From the NCBI GenBank assembly GCA_964016885.1, contig CAXHJY010000332.1:1-57781 (forward strand): 57,781 nt of DNA. Reading direction: 5' to 3'. Origin of the DNA: Eledone cirrhosa (Eukaryota). The position numbers were made by a program, and so were the translations under genes. Shown here piece by piece: positions 17,301 through 29,507 of the stretch. The first letter of the stretch is position 1. Every line of letters begins with the position of its first letter. The notes under the pieces were generated by a model. That model saw only the letters and a program-made list of their open reading frames with translations, made no database searches and had not been told where the DNA came from.

Positions 17301-19014
17301 TTCCCTGCTGTATTAGCGATAAATTTTCGAGGGTTTCTCTTAGTAGCTTTTTCATGTCGTTAATATTATGATGTCCCCTGCTGTATTAGCGTTAAATTTT
17401 CCCTGCTGTATTAGCGATAAATTTTCGAGGGTTTCTCTTAGTAGCTTTTTCATGTCGTTAATATTATGATGTTCCCTGCTGTATTAGCGTTAAATTTTCG
17501 TATATGGATATTTACGTATTAGCGTTAAATTTAAGTATATGGATATTTACCATGCGACCCTCAGTTTCCCTGCTGTATTAGCGATAAATTTTCGAGGGTT
17601 TCTCTTAGTAGCTTTTTTCATGTCGTTAATATTATGATGTTCCCTGCTGTATTAGCGTTAAATTTTCCCTGCTGTATTAGCGATAAATTTTCGAGGGTTT
17701 CTCTTAGTAGCTTTTTTCATGTCGTTAATATTATGATGTTCCCTGCTGTATTAGCGTTAAATTTTCCCTGCTGTATTAGCGATAAATTTTCGAGGGTTTC
17801 TCTTAGTAGCTTTTTTCATGTCGTTAATATTATGATGTTCCCTGCTGTATTAGCGTTAAATTTTCCCTGCTGTATTAGCGATAAATTTTCGAGGGTTTCT
17901 CTTAGTAGCTTTTTTCATGTCGTTAATATTATGATGTTCCCTGCTGTATTAGCGTTAAATTTTCCCTGCTGTATTAGCGATAAATTTTCGAGGGTTTCTC
18001 TTAGTAGCTTTTTCATGTCGTTAATATTATGATGTTCCCTGCTGTATTAGCGTTAAATTTTCGTATATGGATATTTACGTATTAGCGTTAAATTTAAGTA
18101 TATGGATATTTACCATGCGACCCTCAGTTTCCCTGCTGTATTAGCGATACATTTTCGAGGGTTTCTCTTAGTAGCTTTTTTCATGTCGTTAATATTATGA
18201 TGTTCCCTGCTGTATTAGCGTTAAATTTTCCCTGCTGTATTAGCGATAAATTTTCGAGGGTTTCTCTTAGTAGCTTTTTTCATGTCGTTAATATTATGAT
18301 GTTCCCTGCTGTATTAGCGTTAAATTTTCCCTGCTGTATTAGCGATAAATTTTCGAGGGTTTCTCTTAGTAGCTTTTTCATGTCGTTAATATTATGATGT
18401 TCCCTGCTGTATTAGCGTTAAATTTTCCCTGCTGTATTAGCGATAAATTTTCGAGGGTTTCTCTTAGTAGCTTTTTCATGTCGTTAATATTATGATGTTC
18501 CCTGCTGTATTAGCGTTAAATTTTCGTATATGGATATTTACGTATTAGCGTTAAATTTAAGTATATGGATATTTACCATGCGACCCTCAGTTTCCCTGCT
18601 GTATTAGCGATAAATTTTCGAGGGTTTCTCTTAGTAGCTTTTTTCATGTCGTTAATATTATGATGTTCCCTGCTGTATTAGCGTTAAATTTTCCCTGCTG
18701 TATTAGCGATAAATTTTCGAGGGTTTCTCTTAGTAGCTTTTTTCATGTCGTTAATATTATGATGTTCCCTGCTGTATTAGCGTTAAATTTTCCCTGCTGT
18801 ATTAGCGATAAATTTTCGAGGGTTTCTCTTAGTAGCTTTTTTCATGTCGTTAATATTATGATGTTCCCTGCTGTATTAGCGTTAAATTTTCCCTGCTGTA
18901 TTAGCGATAAATTTTCGAGGGTTTCTCTTAGTAGCTTTTTTCATGACGTTATTATTGTTAATTTTACTGATGTAGTATTAACTTGGATATTTACCATGCG
19001 ACCCTCAGTTCCTA
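11313..19014. repeat. Satellite array: 98/99-bp monomer with ~463-bp higher-order repeat
   Basis: Each monomer contains CCCTGCTGTATTAGCG twice. A ~69-bp spacer starts at 12361, 13426, 13889, 14352, 14913, 15278, 15741, 16204, 16667, 17036, 17499, 18062 and 18525. A ~300-bp long spacer lies at ~11620-11920 and ~12681-12986. Confidence 0.97.
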
Positions 19015-22000
19015 CCTCACAATTTCCCTCCCCCCCCACCCCCACACACCACCATAGTCTATTCGACCAATCAAACCTAGCATGCCATTTCCACTGCTGC
19101 TGCTGCTACTACCTGCCTAACTAACTCTCTCCTCCTCTGGCGCATCCCAACACACCCTGCCATTACCCCACCACCACTGTCCTTCTAGCCCTCAATTTTC
19201 CCACCGTTAGGGATGGATGAGCTGGGAATACACGAGCAACTCTGAATCAATAGATGAAATATGAATCTGCGAGCTACCAAGCACCCACGTGAAGCGCCAA
19301 CCCAGAGACCCTCCCCTACGAGTGTCGACAAATGCCCAAAACTCCGAGTTGGTACCATCAATGTAGGCTCAATGAAAGGAAGAGCAGGAGAAATCGTAGA
19401 AATGCTAGAGCGAAAGGAAGTTGATGTATGCTGTGTGCAAGAGACTAGATGGAGAGGAGGGTCTGCTAGAGTCCTTGTAGGAAAAAGCCAGTGCTACAAA
19501 TTTTTCTGGGTGGGAAATGACGATGGGATGGGTGGTGTAGGTATACTATTAGCTGACAAGTGGGTAGATAAAGTAATCTCAGTGTACAGGGTAAATGCAA
19601 GAATCATTAAACTCAGACTAGTCCTGAATAAGACAATTACCACAATAATATCAGCTTACGCACCCCAATCGGGGCTGCCAGACGAACTTAAGGATAGGTT
19701 TTACGAGTCCCTAATACACACTACTGCTCTAACAGACGACAAGGACTTCCTAATCATTGCAGGAGATTTTAACGGACACGTAGGTAAACACTGCGACGGC
19801 TTCAATAGAGTACATGGAGGCCATGGAGTTGGCACAAGGAATGAGGAAGGATTCAGACTTCTAGAATTCTGCGACGCCAATGACATGTCGATATGTAACA
19901 CAAACTTTAAAAAACCCGACAACCACCTGATCACCTATAGATCAGGGGAGCACTCTAGTCAGTTAGATTTTATCCTCATCAGAGGACGTGACAGATGGAC
20001 GGTCGTAAACACAAAAGCCTTCCCTAGTGAGGAATGTACATCCCAACATAGCTTAGTTGTCAGCGACCTCACGGTCAGAACTAGACGAGCCCTGAAACAG
20101 AGGCCAACCTGGAGAAGAAAGATCTGGAAGCTGAAAGTCCCCTCAACCAGTAACAGATTTAAAGATATTTTACTCAACGCCTACGACAGTAAAGAAGAAC
20201 AGATAGAGACATTTAACGTAGAAGAGAACTGGGAGTTCCTAAAAAATAACTTACTAGAGGCGACGGATGAGGTTTGTGGTTGGAGTAAGACCTCAAGCAG
20301 GAGGAGAGTGACTTGGTGGTGGAACAATAAGGTAGATGAAGCAGTCAAGGCCAAGAGACAGGCATGGAAAGAATGGAAGAACGGGGGGAGCAGGGTACAT
20401 TACATAGAGACCAAGAGGGAAGCTAGGCGACAAGTATACTTAGCTAGGAGGGAAGGAGAGGATAGAAAATTCAAGCATGTTTTACAACGTGAGGACCAGA
20501 AACAGGAGGTATTCAAGATTGCGAGGCAGTGTGTCAGAGATAGTTGTGATGTCATTGGAGAGAAGTGTATCCGGAATGATAAAGGTGAGCTTGCCCTCAC
20601 AAGTGCTGAGAAGAAAGATGCATGGAAGAGTCATTATGATAGATTACTAAATGAGGAGAATGCATGGGAAGAAGAGACCCTACCCCACGTAGACCCTATA
20701 GAGGGACCAGCAGTACAAGTCAGCGGCAGCGTAGTAAGTAAGGCAATCAGAGATATGAAGATAGGGAAGGCAACCGGTCCATCGGGTATAGCTGCCGAGA
20801 TGCTGAAGGCATCTGGGTCTGTAGGTCACACTATAACCACACGTATCGTTAACCAGGTAATACTAGAGGGGGCCATACCAAAAGATTGGTGCAGTAGCAT
20901 CATTGTCAACTGCTACAAAGGTAAAGGCGATGCACTAGATAGAGGAAACTATAGAGGTATAAAGTTGATGGACCAGGTCATGAAAGTAACAGAAAGAGTT
21001 ATAGCACAGCTGATTAGGGACCGGGTGAATATAGACGAGATGCAATTTGGGTTTGTTCCAGGGAAAGGCACCACTGATGCGCTCTTCCTTGTGAGGCAAT
21101 TACAGGAAAAGTACCTAGCTAAAAGTAAGCCACTCTACTTGGCATTTGTCGACCTTGAGAAAGCCTTTGACAGAGTTCCACGTGCAGTAATCTGGTGGGC
21201 TCTTAGAAAACTAGGAGTAGATGAATGGCTTGTGAAAGCGGTACAAGCCATGTATAGGGGAGCAGTCAGCAAAGTTAGGATTGGCAATGAGTATAGCGAG
21301 GAATTTAGCGTACAGGTTGGGGTCCACCAGGGCTCTGTTCTTAGCCCTCTCCTGTTCATCATAGTCCTGCAGGCAATAACGGAGGAGTTTAAGACCGGAT
21401 GCCCATGGGAACTCCTGTATGCTGATGACCTCGCACTCATAGCTGAATCTATGGTAGAACTAGAGAATAAATTCCAAACCTGGAAGCAGGGACTAGAGAG
21501 AAAGGGCCTCAAAGTCAACATGACAAAGACTAAGGTCCTTATAAGTAGACGAGAAAACAGAACCCAGATCCCCTCAGGGAAATGGCCTTGCTCAGTATGT
21601 AGGAAAGGTGTAGGTAGGAACTCCATTCTTTGCCCCAAATGCAAACAATGGGTACACAAGAGATGTAGCGGGATCTCAGGAAGCTTAATTAAGAATGTAG
21701 GATTCACATGCAGCAGCTGTGCTGAAACAGCAAGCAAACAGCCACAGGAAACAAGTACCACCAATCTCTGGGAGGGCCCTGTAGAAACAGTAGACAGCTT
21801 CTGCTACCTAGGTGACCGAATTAGCAACGGAGGTGGGTGCTCAGAAAGTACAATAACTAGGGTAAGAACGGGATGGAAGAAGTTTAGGGAACTACTACCA
21901 CTGCTAGCTGCAAAAGGCTTCTCCCTCAGAATGAAAGGCAGACTGTATGATGCGTGTATCCGAACAGCGATGTTGCATGGTAGTGAGACCTGGGCGCTGA

Positions 22001-22674
22001 AGGTGGAAGACTTACGTAGATTAGAGAGAAACGAAGCCTGCATGCTCCGATGGATGTGTAACAGTAATATACGTGAACGACAAAGCATAAATGAATTGAG
22101 AGAGAGACTGAGCATAAGAGGAATCAAATGCTGCGTGCAGGAGAGGCGGTTACGCTGGTATGGACATGTGATGCGTATGAAGGATGACAGCTGCATAAAA
22201 AGGTGCAGAGCACTAGAAGTTGATGGAAACCGCGGAGTGGGGAGACCCAAGATGACTTGGGATGAGGTGATAAAAGCCGACCTTACCCAACTACACCTCT
22301 CAAAGTCAATGACACACGACCGTGACTTCTGGCGTCACGCAGTAATACAGGGTACCCGACCTCCCATGGGTACATGCTGAAGCATATAAACAATATGCCC
22401 CCCCCCCCCACCGCAAGGTGGTCGTGGAGGTGCCACGGCAAAAAAGCACCCAGCCCACACTGTAAAGTGGACGTGTAGGCGCCACGAAAAAGCACCCAGC
22501 ACTCACTGTAAATGAGGTTGGTGTTAGGAAGGGCATCCAGCTGTAGAAATCAAGCCAGATCAGTTCCTGTATGAGCAAGGCATGGTCAGCCGACCAGACA
22601 CTGCCCACAACAGGACAACCCGTCTAACCCATGCTAGCGTGGAAGAACGGACGTAAAACGGTGATGATGATGAT
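19015..22674 (+). mobile_element. Apparently full-length RTE-clade LINE (family A)
   Basis: C-rich 5' leader, single APE-RT ORF, ~290-bp 3'UTR, (GAT)n tail into a TA tract. The 5' boundary is approximate. Confidence 0.93.
19261..22380 (+). CDS. RTE ORF2: AP endonuclease + reverse transcriptase + PHD-type zinc finger, 1039 aa, uninterrupted
   Basis: APE motifs GTINVGSM, CVQETRW, SAYAPQ, GDFNGHVG, LDFIL, SQH. RT motifs FVDLEKAFDRV, QGSVLSPLLF, LYADD. Finger CSVC..CPKC..HKRC..CSSC. RTE C-terminal RLRWYGHVMR and GRPKMTW. Confidence 0.95.
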   Translation: MNLRATKHPREAPTQRPSPTSVDKCPKLRVGTINVGSMKGRAGEIVEMLERKEVDVCCVQETRWRGGSARVLVGKSQCYKFFWVGNDDGMGGVGILLADKWVDKVISVYRVNARIIKLRLVLNKTITTIISAYAPQSGLPDELKDRFYESLIHTTALTDDKDFLIIAGDFNGHVGKHCDGFNRVHGGHGVGTRNEEGFRLLEFCDANDMSICNTNFKKPDNHLITYRSGEHSSQLDFILIRGRDRWTVVNTKAFPSEECTSQHSLVVSDLTVRTRRALKQRPTWRRKIWKLKVPSTSNRFKDILLNAYDSKEEQIETFNVEENWEFLKNNLLEATDEVCGWSKTSSRRRVTWWWNNKVDEAVKAKRQAWKEWKNGGSRVHYIETKREARRQVYLARREGEDRKFKHVLQREDQKQEVFKIARQCVRDSCDVIGEKCIRNDKGELALTSAEKKDAWKSHYDRLLNEENAWEEETLPHVDPIEGPAVQVSGSVVSKAIRDMKIGKATGPSGIAAEMLKASGSVGHTITTRIVNQVILEGAIPKDWCSSIIVNCYKGKGDALDRGNYRGIKLMDQVMKVTERVIAQLIRDRVNIDEMQFGFVPGKGTTDALFLVRQLQEKYLAKSKPLYLAFVDLEKAFDRVPRAVIWWALRKLGVDEWLVKAVQAMYRGAVSKVRIGNEYSEEFSVQVGVHQGSVLSPLLFIIVLQAITEEFKTGCPWELLYADDLALIAESMVELENKFQTWKQGLERKGLKVNMTKTKVLISRRENRTQIPSGKWPCSVCRKGVGRNSILCPKCKQWVHKRCSGISGSLIKNVGFTCSSCAETASKQPQETSTTNLWEGPVETVDSFCYLGDRISNGGGCSESTITRVRTGWKKFRELLPLLAAKGFSLRMKGRLYDACIRTAMLHGSETWALKVEDLRRLERNEACMLRWMCNSNIRERQSINELRERLSIRGIKCCVQERRLRWYGHVMRMKDDSCIKRCRALEVDGNRGVGRPKMTWDEVIKADLTQLHLSKSMTHDRDFWRHAVIQGTRPPMGTC

Positions 22675-22880
22675 ATATACATATATACATATATATATAT
22701 ACATATATATATACATATATATATATACATATACATATATATATATACATATATATATACATATATATATATACATATATATATATACATATATATATAC
22801 ATATATATATATACATATATATATACATATATATATATACATATATATATATATACATATATATATACATATATATATAC

Positions 22881-22918
<38 letters not shown>

Positions 22919-22974
22919 TATAAAAATTATAAAAATAGACAAAGAAGCCTTCAATACATCAAAAGTCTTTATTA

Positions 22975-23015
22975 GCCTACAATGTTTCGTCCCATTAATA
23001 AGGACTCATCAGGGC
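22975..23015 (-). ncRNA. Minimal type I hammerhead ribozyme
   Basis: Reverse complement: GCC-CTGATGA-GTCC-TTATTAATG-GGAC-GAAA-CATTG-TA-GGC. Lies in a non-coding island at ~22920-23575. Confidence 0.85.
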
Positions 23016-23657
23016 AATTAAACAGATAAGGAGCATTAATGGCCAGAACAAGCAAAACTCAGAAGAATAGGGAATTCATAGCCATGAAAGCTTATGAGAG
23101 ATATGAAGGATATGAAGGAAAAGCATGCTAAAGCTAAAAGTTTGCAGTTATAAAAATAGATTATATGGCAAGAAATTGAGTAAAATGTCAAACCAACATT
23201 GAAATTACAGTATAATACAAATACATTAAATACAACATGGTAATATAATATGACAATTACAATACAATATAATGGATAATAAAGCATAATATATGTATAT
23301 ATATATACATCCATATATATACACATTTACACAAACACATACTAACACTTAATAAGTATAAATATACTCTTTATAATATAAAATAAAAACACCCTGACGG
23401 TGCGCATAAACTATACAAAAAATAAACTATACAAAAAATATGCTATACATGAAATAATATAATAATATACTGACATCAAAAATATACAAAATTACATTAT
23501 ACATATCACTTAATGTCAACAAGTTGAATATAAAGTTTTACACAGGACAAGAAAAAATATCTTAATAAAACTGGCATGTGTGTATATATATGTGTATATG
23601 TATATATATGTGTATATATGTGTATATATGTATGTATGTGTATATATGTGTATGTGT

Positions 23658-23713
<56 letters not shown>

Positions 23714-24416
23714 GTATATATATATATGTATATATATAATGTAGGAGGTGAGTTTTATTGTAGTACAATAAAGCAATGCAGATATCGGATAAGAAGCACT
23801 CTATTATCACTTCCCTTCCTTCTCTTCTAATATCTAACCCCTAATCTGTACCTTTTCTCACTCTTGCCTAACATAGAATCAATTATTACATAACACAACA
23901 CATTCTTACTCTACATCACCTTGTAAAAACCCTTCGTAAACATATACATTTTTTATTCATCCTCAATTCATTATTCTTTTCTCCCCTTCATCTAACTCAT
24001 TATTCTCAATACATATTAACTCTTTCTTTTTCTTCGCACATATTATCAAACCCCTCAATATACAAACCTTAACTTTACATTATTTTTCTCTTCGTTAATT
24101 TTCAAATTCTTTTAATTTATACATTATCTTCCAACGGTTTTCAACCTCTCTATGTAAAACAATATATCTTTCTCAGTTATAAAAGCTATCTCTCTCTCTC
24201 TATCACCCATCTCTCCTCCTATCTCATCCTTCCTCATTATACTCCTCCCTCTCCACCTTGACTCTCATCTCCTCCTTTCTTTCATCCTTGCCCTCCCCCC
24301 CTCTAAATAAAATATATTTCCCAATATCACACATCAATCTAAAACCACTTCTCATATGTTGATTTAAAACTGAACTATCCACAAGTGTTTTTTAACCTTC
24401 ATATCATGTCCTCCTG

Positions 24417-24483
24417 TTTTATCTGATGAAAACACAAATATTATTGCATGATGATATTTGTTTTTGAAATGCACATAATAAAA
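24417..24483 (+). ncRNA. Type I hammerhead ribozyme
   Basis: TTTTAT-CTGATGA-AAAC-ACAAATATTAT-TGCATG-ATGATATTTGT-TTTT-GAAA-TGCACA-TA-ATAAAA. Lies near the 3' end of a pyrimidine-rich island at ~23740-24515. Confidence 0.8.
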
Positions 24484-24781
24484 TACATGGAACTCTTTTA
24501 ACCATCTTTTGTTCTTATATATTATGTATATATATGTATATATATATGTGTATGTATATATATATATATATATATATGTGTGTATGCAGGTATGTATGTG
24601 TATGTATGTTTCTATATGTATGTGTATGTATGTATATGTGTATGTATGTGTATGTATGTATATGTGTATGTATATATATATATATATATATATTTGTATA
24701 TATATATATATATATATGTGTGTATATGTGTATGTGTCTTCGTATGTATATATATATGTATATATGTATGTATGTATGTGT

Positions 24782-24827
<46 letters not shown>

Positions 24828-24903
24828 GTGTGTTTGTATATATGCGTGTGTATATATATATATATGTATATGTGTATGTATATGTATATGTATGTATGTG
24901 TGT

Positions 24904-24942
<39 letters not shown>

Positions 24943-24945
<3 letters not shown>

Positions 24946-27375
24946 CTTTGAATAACTTTGAAATGTTTTGGCCAGTATTGGCCCAGGCCATGTCTAACTT
25001 AATAGCACCACCTGGCGAAGTCTTTCAATTCAGGATTTGGGCACCATGGCCCATTCGAGAAGAGAATTACTGTTTGCGGAGACATATCCGGGTGTGGGTG
25101 GTTTGTCCGGGATTACTTGGAGGAATTTGTCCAAAGACTTCTTGAATGTTGTGTGGTCAGTTTCTGTTTTGACGTGTCCTGGTGTGATGTTGAAGAGAGC
25201 AGGGCCGATTGAGGTGAAATAATTGTGCCGTATTGTTGTTATGAGTTGCGATTTAGATTTTTGAATGGGACGGATAGCACGGGGCCCAAGCCTTGGGTGT
25301 ATCTTGAAGGCGATGCCAACATCATTTGGGCAGTGATGATGGAACATTTTCCACATCATGCAGATAATATAACGCTCACGGCGACGTTGGAGTGAGTAAA
25401 GTTTCAGGTTTTCTAATCGACCCCAGTAGTCAAGGTCTGACATGCCATCTATCTTTTTCGTGATTGCCCTTTGAGGAGCTTCAAGTTTCATAATACTTTG
25501 TTTCGTGTGGGGAGACCACAGTGGACAACAGTATTCAAGGTGTGGTCGGGCAAAAGTAGAGAAGAGAAGGATAATGGTGCGGGAATCTCTCGACTGGAAG
25601 GTTCTGAGGATCCAGGAACACATTCTGCGGGCCATGTCAACTTTGCTGCTTATATGCGTGGTCCAGCTTATGTTGCTGTCCACGGTTACTCCCAAGTCTC
25701 TGATGTTGTTAGATGCCACGAGAGTTTCCCCGGAGGGAAGGGAGTACGGGAGTTTCAGAGCATCCTCTTTTCCAAAGTGGATCAGTTCGAATTTGTCTTC
25801 GTTCAGTAACATGTTGTTCTTTTCTGCCCATTGGGTAACAGCCAGTAGGTCTGACTGAAGGCTTATCCGGTCATCCACGCCATTGATGACCTTTTGGAGC
25901 TTGGAATCATCAGCGAAAATTTTAATGTTGCTGTGTTTGATGATGTCAGTGATGTCATTAATATAGATGATGAAGAGAAGTGGGCCCAACACAGTGCCTT
26001 GTGGGACCCCACTACTGACTTTGGCTGGGCTTGATTTGACTCCCTCAACTACAACATGTTGGGTTCTGTTTGACAGGAAGCTCTTGATCCACTGCAGCAG
26101 CTTTCCAGTGACACCAATATTGGACAGCTTTCTCAGTAGAATGTTATGATCAACCCTGTCAAAGGCCTTGCTGAAATCAAGGTAGATAACATCAGTGTTG
26201 GAACCCTCTCCCAAGGCTCTCAAAATGTCATCAAAGTGATGCAGTAGCTGCGTCAGGCAATCCCTTCCATTACGGAATCCATGCTGGTTGGAGTTCAGCA
26301 TATTGTTACCCTCAAGGAAGTGGGTCATTCGCGATCTCACCACTCTCTCAAATACCTTAATGATATGAGAGGTGAGTGAGATTGGACGGTAATTCACGGC
26401 AAGGGATTTGTTTCCCTTTTTGAAAACTGGGACAACAGACTGGGATAGAAGGTTTTCTGGCACATATCCAGCATCCAGTGAGTTCCGCCACAGATTGGCA
26501 AGAGGAGATGCAAGTTGGTGTTGACACGCCTTCAAGACACAAGCAGGGAACCTATTGGGACCTACTGCTGAATTATGCTTGATTTCCTTTATTGCCGCCA
26601 AGACATCAGGGGCGCCAAACGTTATGTCCGATAAGGTGTAATGGGGAGTAACATCGCCGATACAGCCCAGATCGGCCATATCAGGATTGCTGAAAACAGA
26701 GCAGTATTGTTTCTGCAGTATCTCACCCATGGTTTTAGCATTGTCTTGAAGAGTGCCATTTTCATCAATTAGAGGGCCAACAGTAGAGCCAGTGATTTTG
26801 TGTTTTTTTGCAAATGAAAAGAACACTTTGGGATTGAGTTTGATCTTCTCAATGGCCCAGGCCTCTTCAGCTCTTCTCTGATTGTTGATGAGGGACATTA
26901 TGTTGTTTTGGAGGTTATGTTTTTTAATCTCTAGTGATGAAATGGCAGTCAAGTTGATGTGTTGCTGCTGACAGTATTTCAGCTTGTTGATTTTTTTGTT
27001 CGTTCTCTTAATTTTTCTGATGAGCGTTTTTCTATTTCTAGGGATTCTGCTCTTAGATTTGTTTTTAGTTCTTAATGGGGTGTGTTTAGCACATATGTTT
27101 GTAACAGTGTCCACAAATGTCTGCCAGGACTTTTTGATGTTAGTGGGTGTATGAGTGTGCGTGAAGGACCAGTCGACATGTGCAAGATCATGACTGATCG
27201 CTTCCCAGTTTGCATTGTGGAAATCCATAGCGTCAAACGGATGGACAGGAGAGATGACATTGGGTTTGTATATTGGACGGTGGAATCTCAGATCACAGAG
27301 AACCATGTCATGATCAGAGAGTAGAGTTTTCTCCACTGCAATATTGTGGATATTGTCAGTGTGATTGCTGAAAAT
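24943..27375 (-). mobile_element. CR1-group LINE, 5'-truncated
   Basis: RT ORF, short 3'UTR ending in a tandem TCAAAGTTAT repeat next to a TA tract. Near-identical to 34318-36977. Confidence 0.9.
25030..27336 (-). CDS. CR1-group ORF2 remnant (end of APE + RT), 768 aa open frame
   Basis: [60 protein letters not shown]. Confidence 0.88.
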   Translation of the reverse strand: MEKTLLSDHDMVLCDLRFHRPIYKPNVISPVHPFDAMDFHNANWEAISHDLAHVDWSFTHTHTPTNIKKSWQTFVDTVTNICAKHTPLRTKNKSKSRIPRNRKTLIRKIKRTNKKINKLKYCQQQHINLTAISSLEIKKHNLQNNIMSLINNQRRAEEAWAIEKIKLNPKVFFSFAKKHKITGSTVGPLIDENGTLQDNAKTMGEILQKQYCSVFSNPDMADLGCIGDVTPHYTLSDITFGAPDVLAAIKEIKHNSAVGPNRFPACVLKACQHQLASPLANLWRNSLDAGYVPENLLSQSVVPVFKKGNKSLAVNYRPISLTSHIIKVFERVVRSRMTHFLEGNNMLNSNQHGFRNGRDCLTQLLHHFDDILRALGEGSNTDVIYLDFSKAFDRVDHNILLRKLSNIGVTGKLLQWIKSFLSNRTQHVVVEGVKSSPAKVSSGVPQGTVLGPLLFIIYINDITDIIKHSNIKIFADDSKLQKVINGVDDRISLQSDLLAVTQWAEKNNMLLNEDKFELIHFGKEDALKLPYSLPSGETLVASNNIRDLGVTVDSNISWTTHISSKVDMARRMCSWILRTFQSRDSRTIILLFSTFARPHLEYCCPLWSPHTKQSIMKLEAPQRAITKKIDGMSDLDYWGRLENLKLYSLQRRRERYIICMMWKMFHHHCPNDVGIAFKIHPRLGPRAIRPIQKSKSQLITTIRHNYFTSIGPALFNITPGHVKTETDHTTFKKSLDKFLQVIPDKPPTPGYVSANSNSLLEWAMVPKS

Positions 27376-27390
27376 ATATATATATATATA

Positions 27391-27425
<35 letters not shown>

Positions 27426-27436
27426 GTATGTATTTG

Positions 27437-27475
<39 letters not shown>

Positions 27476-27521
27476 ATGTGTGTATGTATGTATGCATGTG
27501 TGTATATATATATATATATAT

Positions 27522-29361
27522 ATCAGAGAGAGAATTGATCTAGATGAAATGCAGTTCGGTTTTTCATTGTACGACAACTACAACAGAAGTACCTAGCTAA
27601 AAGTAAACCCCTATACTTAGCTTTTGTTGACATGGAGAAAGCCTTCGACAGAGTCCCCAGTTCCATTATCTGGTGGGCTCTTAGAAAACTAGGTGTTGAC
27701 GAATGGCTTGTGAGAGCTATACAAGCCATGTATAAAGAAACAGTCAGCAAGGTTAGAATTAACAACGAATATAGTGAAGAGTTTAGTGTAAAAGTTGGTG
27801 TACATCAGGGCTCTGTTCTTAGCCCCCTACTATTTATTATTGCTCTTCAGGCCATAACAGTGGAGTTCAAGACCGGCTGCCCATGGGAACTCCTATACGC
27901 AGATGATCTAACGCTCATAGCTGAATCAATGGCCGAGCTAGAGAAGAAATTCCAAACATGGAAGCACGGCCTAGAATCAAAAGGCCTTAAAATTAACCTG
28001 GCTAAGACTAAAGTTTTAGTTTGTCGGAAAGAAAATAAGGCTCCGGTCCCTTCCGGGAAATGGCCATGCTCAGTGTGTAGGAAAGGCGTAGGTAGAAACT
28101 CCATTTTATGTCCCAAATGCAAAGTATGGGTGCATAAAAGACGTAGTGGGATCACAGGTAAGCTAACTAAGAACATAGATTTTACATGTGGCCGGTGCTC
28201 TGGTGCAATAAGTAACAGCAAGTGCCCACAAAATACTAGCTCTTTCAATTGCGCAGAGGGTTCTATAGAAATAGTGGACAGCTTCCGTTACCTGAGTGAC
28301 AAAATCATCAGTGGGGGAGGGTGCTCTGAAAGTACAGTAGCTAGAGTCAGAACTGGATGGAAAAAGTTCAGAGAGCTTATACCACTATTAGCCACTAAAG
28401 GGTTCTTCCTAAAAATGAAAGGCAGGTTGTATGATGCCTGCATACGAACAGCAATGTTGCATGGCAGTGAGACCTGGGCATTGTGTGCAGAGGATATACG
28501 CAGACTAGAGAGGAATGAAGCTTGCATACTCCGCTGGATGTGCAATAGTAACATACGTGAATGGCAAAGCATAAGCGAACTAAGGAAAAAATTAGAAATA
28601 AGAGGGATCAGATGTTGTTTACTCGAGAGAAGGTTACGTTGGTATGGTCACGTGATGCGCATGAAAGACGACAGCTGTATAACAAAGTGCAGGGCAATAA
28701 AGATAGACGGTAGCTACGGAGTAGGCAGACCCAGAAAAACCTGGGACGAGCTGATAAATTCCGACCTCACACTCTTACACCTCTCCAAGACAATGTCACT
28801 GGACCGAGACCTTTGGCGGTACTCTGTAATAGAGAAGACCCGCCTTACCTAAATACAAAGTAAAACCTACTACAGTCAGTAGGCATCTCTAACAAAATAC
28901 ACCCCATCCCACCACCCCCACCCCATCCACACCGCCCCTTTCAATGTAAAGTTATGTTGGTGCCACAACATCCAGGCCAAAACAAATGAGATCGTGTAGG
29001 TGTCACGACAAAAAAAACACACAGTCCACGCTGTAATGTGGCCGTGTAGGCAACACAGTAAAAACCTCCCAGCCCCACACTGTAAATTTGGTTGGTGTTA
29101 GGAAGGGTATCCAGCTGTAGAAAACCCGCCAGACAGTCCATGCTGTAATGTGGCCGTGTAGGCAACACGGTAAAAACCTCCCAGCCCCACACTGTAAATG
29201 CGGTTGGTGTTAGGAAGGGCATCCAGCTGTAGAAAACCCGCCAGACAGTCCTATGCGAGCAAGACAATCACTCTTGCCTCAAGTGGGAAAACCCCCGTCC
29301 AAACCCATGCAAGCGTGGAACACGGACGTTAAACGATGATGATGATGATAATGATGATGAT
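27522..29361 (+). mobile_element. RTE family B, 5'-truncated (ORF remnant 27632-28852)
   Basis: Close match to 3258-4620 with a short deletion near 27560. Duplicated 3'UTR module and (GAT)n tail. Confidence 0.93.
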
Positions 29362-29474
29362 ATATATATATGTGTGTGTGTGTATATATGTGTGTGTGCG
29401 CCTGTGTACGTGTGTATATATATTTATATATATATATATATATATATGTGTATATATATGTGTATATGTATGTA

Positions 29475-29504
<30 letters not shown>

Positions 29505-29507
<3 letters not shown>

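Noticed and set aside
11313-19014. CRISPR-like repeat/spacer appearance
   Set aside because: The spacers are identical rather than unique, there are no cas genes, and the context is eukaryotic.
11533-19124. Repeated MMFPAVLALNFPCC ORFs
   Set aside because: By-product of 99-bp monomers. The frame breaks at every 98-bp monomer.
19180-19245. Possible HDV-like ribozyme in the RTE 5' leader
   Set aside because: A TTCCCA/TGGGAA hairpin is present, but I could not build the nested double pseudoknot by eye. A descriptor search would settle it.
23740-24400. Possible decayed coding sequence on the minus strand of the pyrimidine-rich island
   Set aside because: No ORF in the track and no motif that I could recognise.
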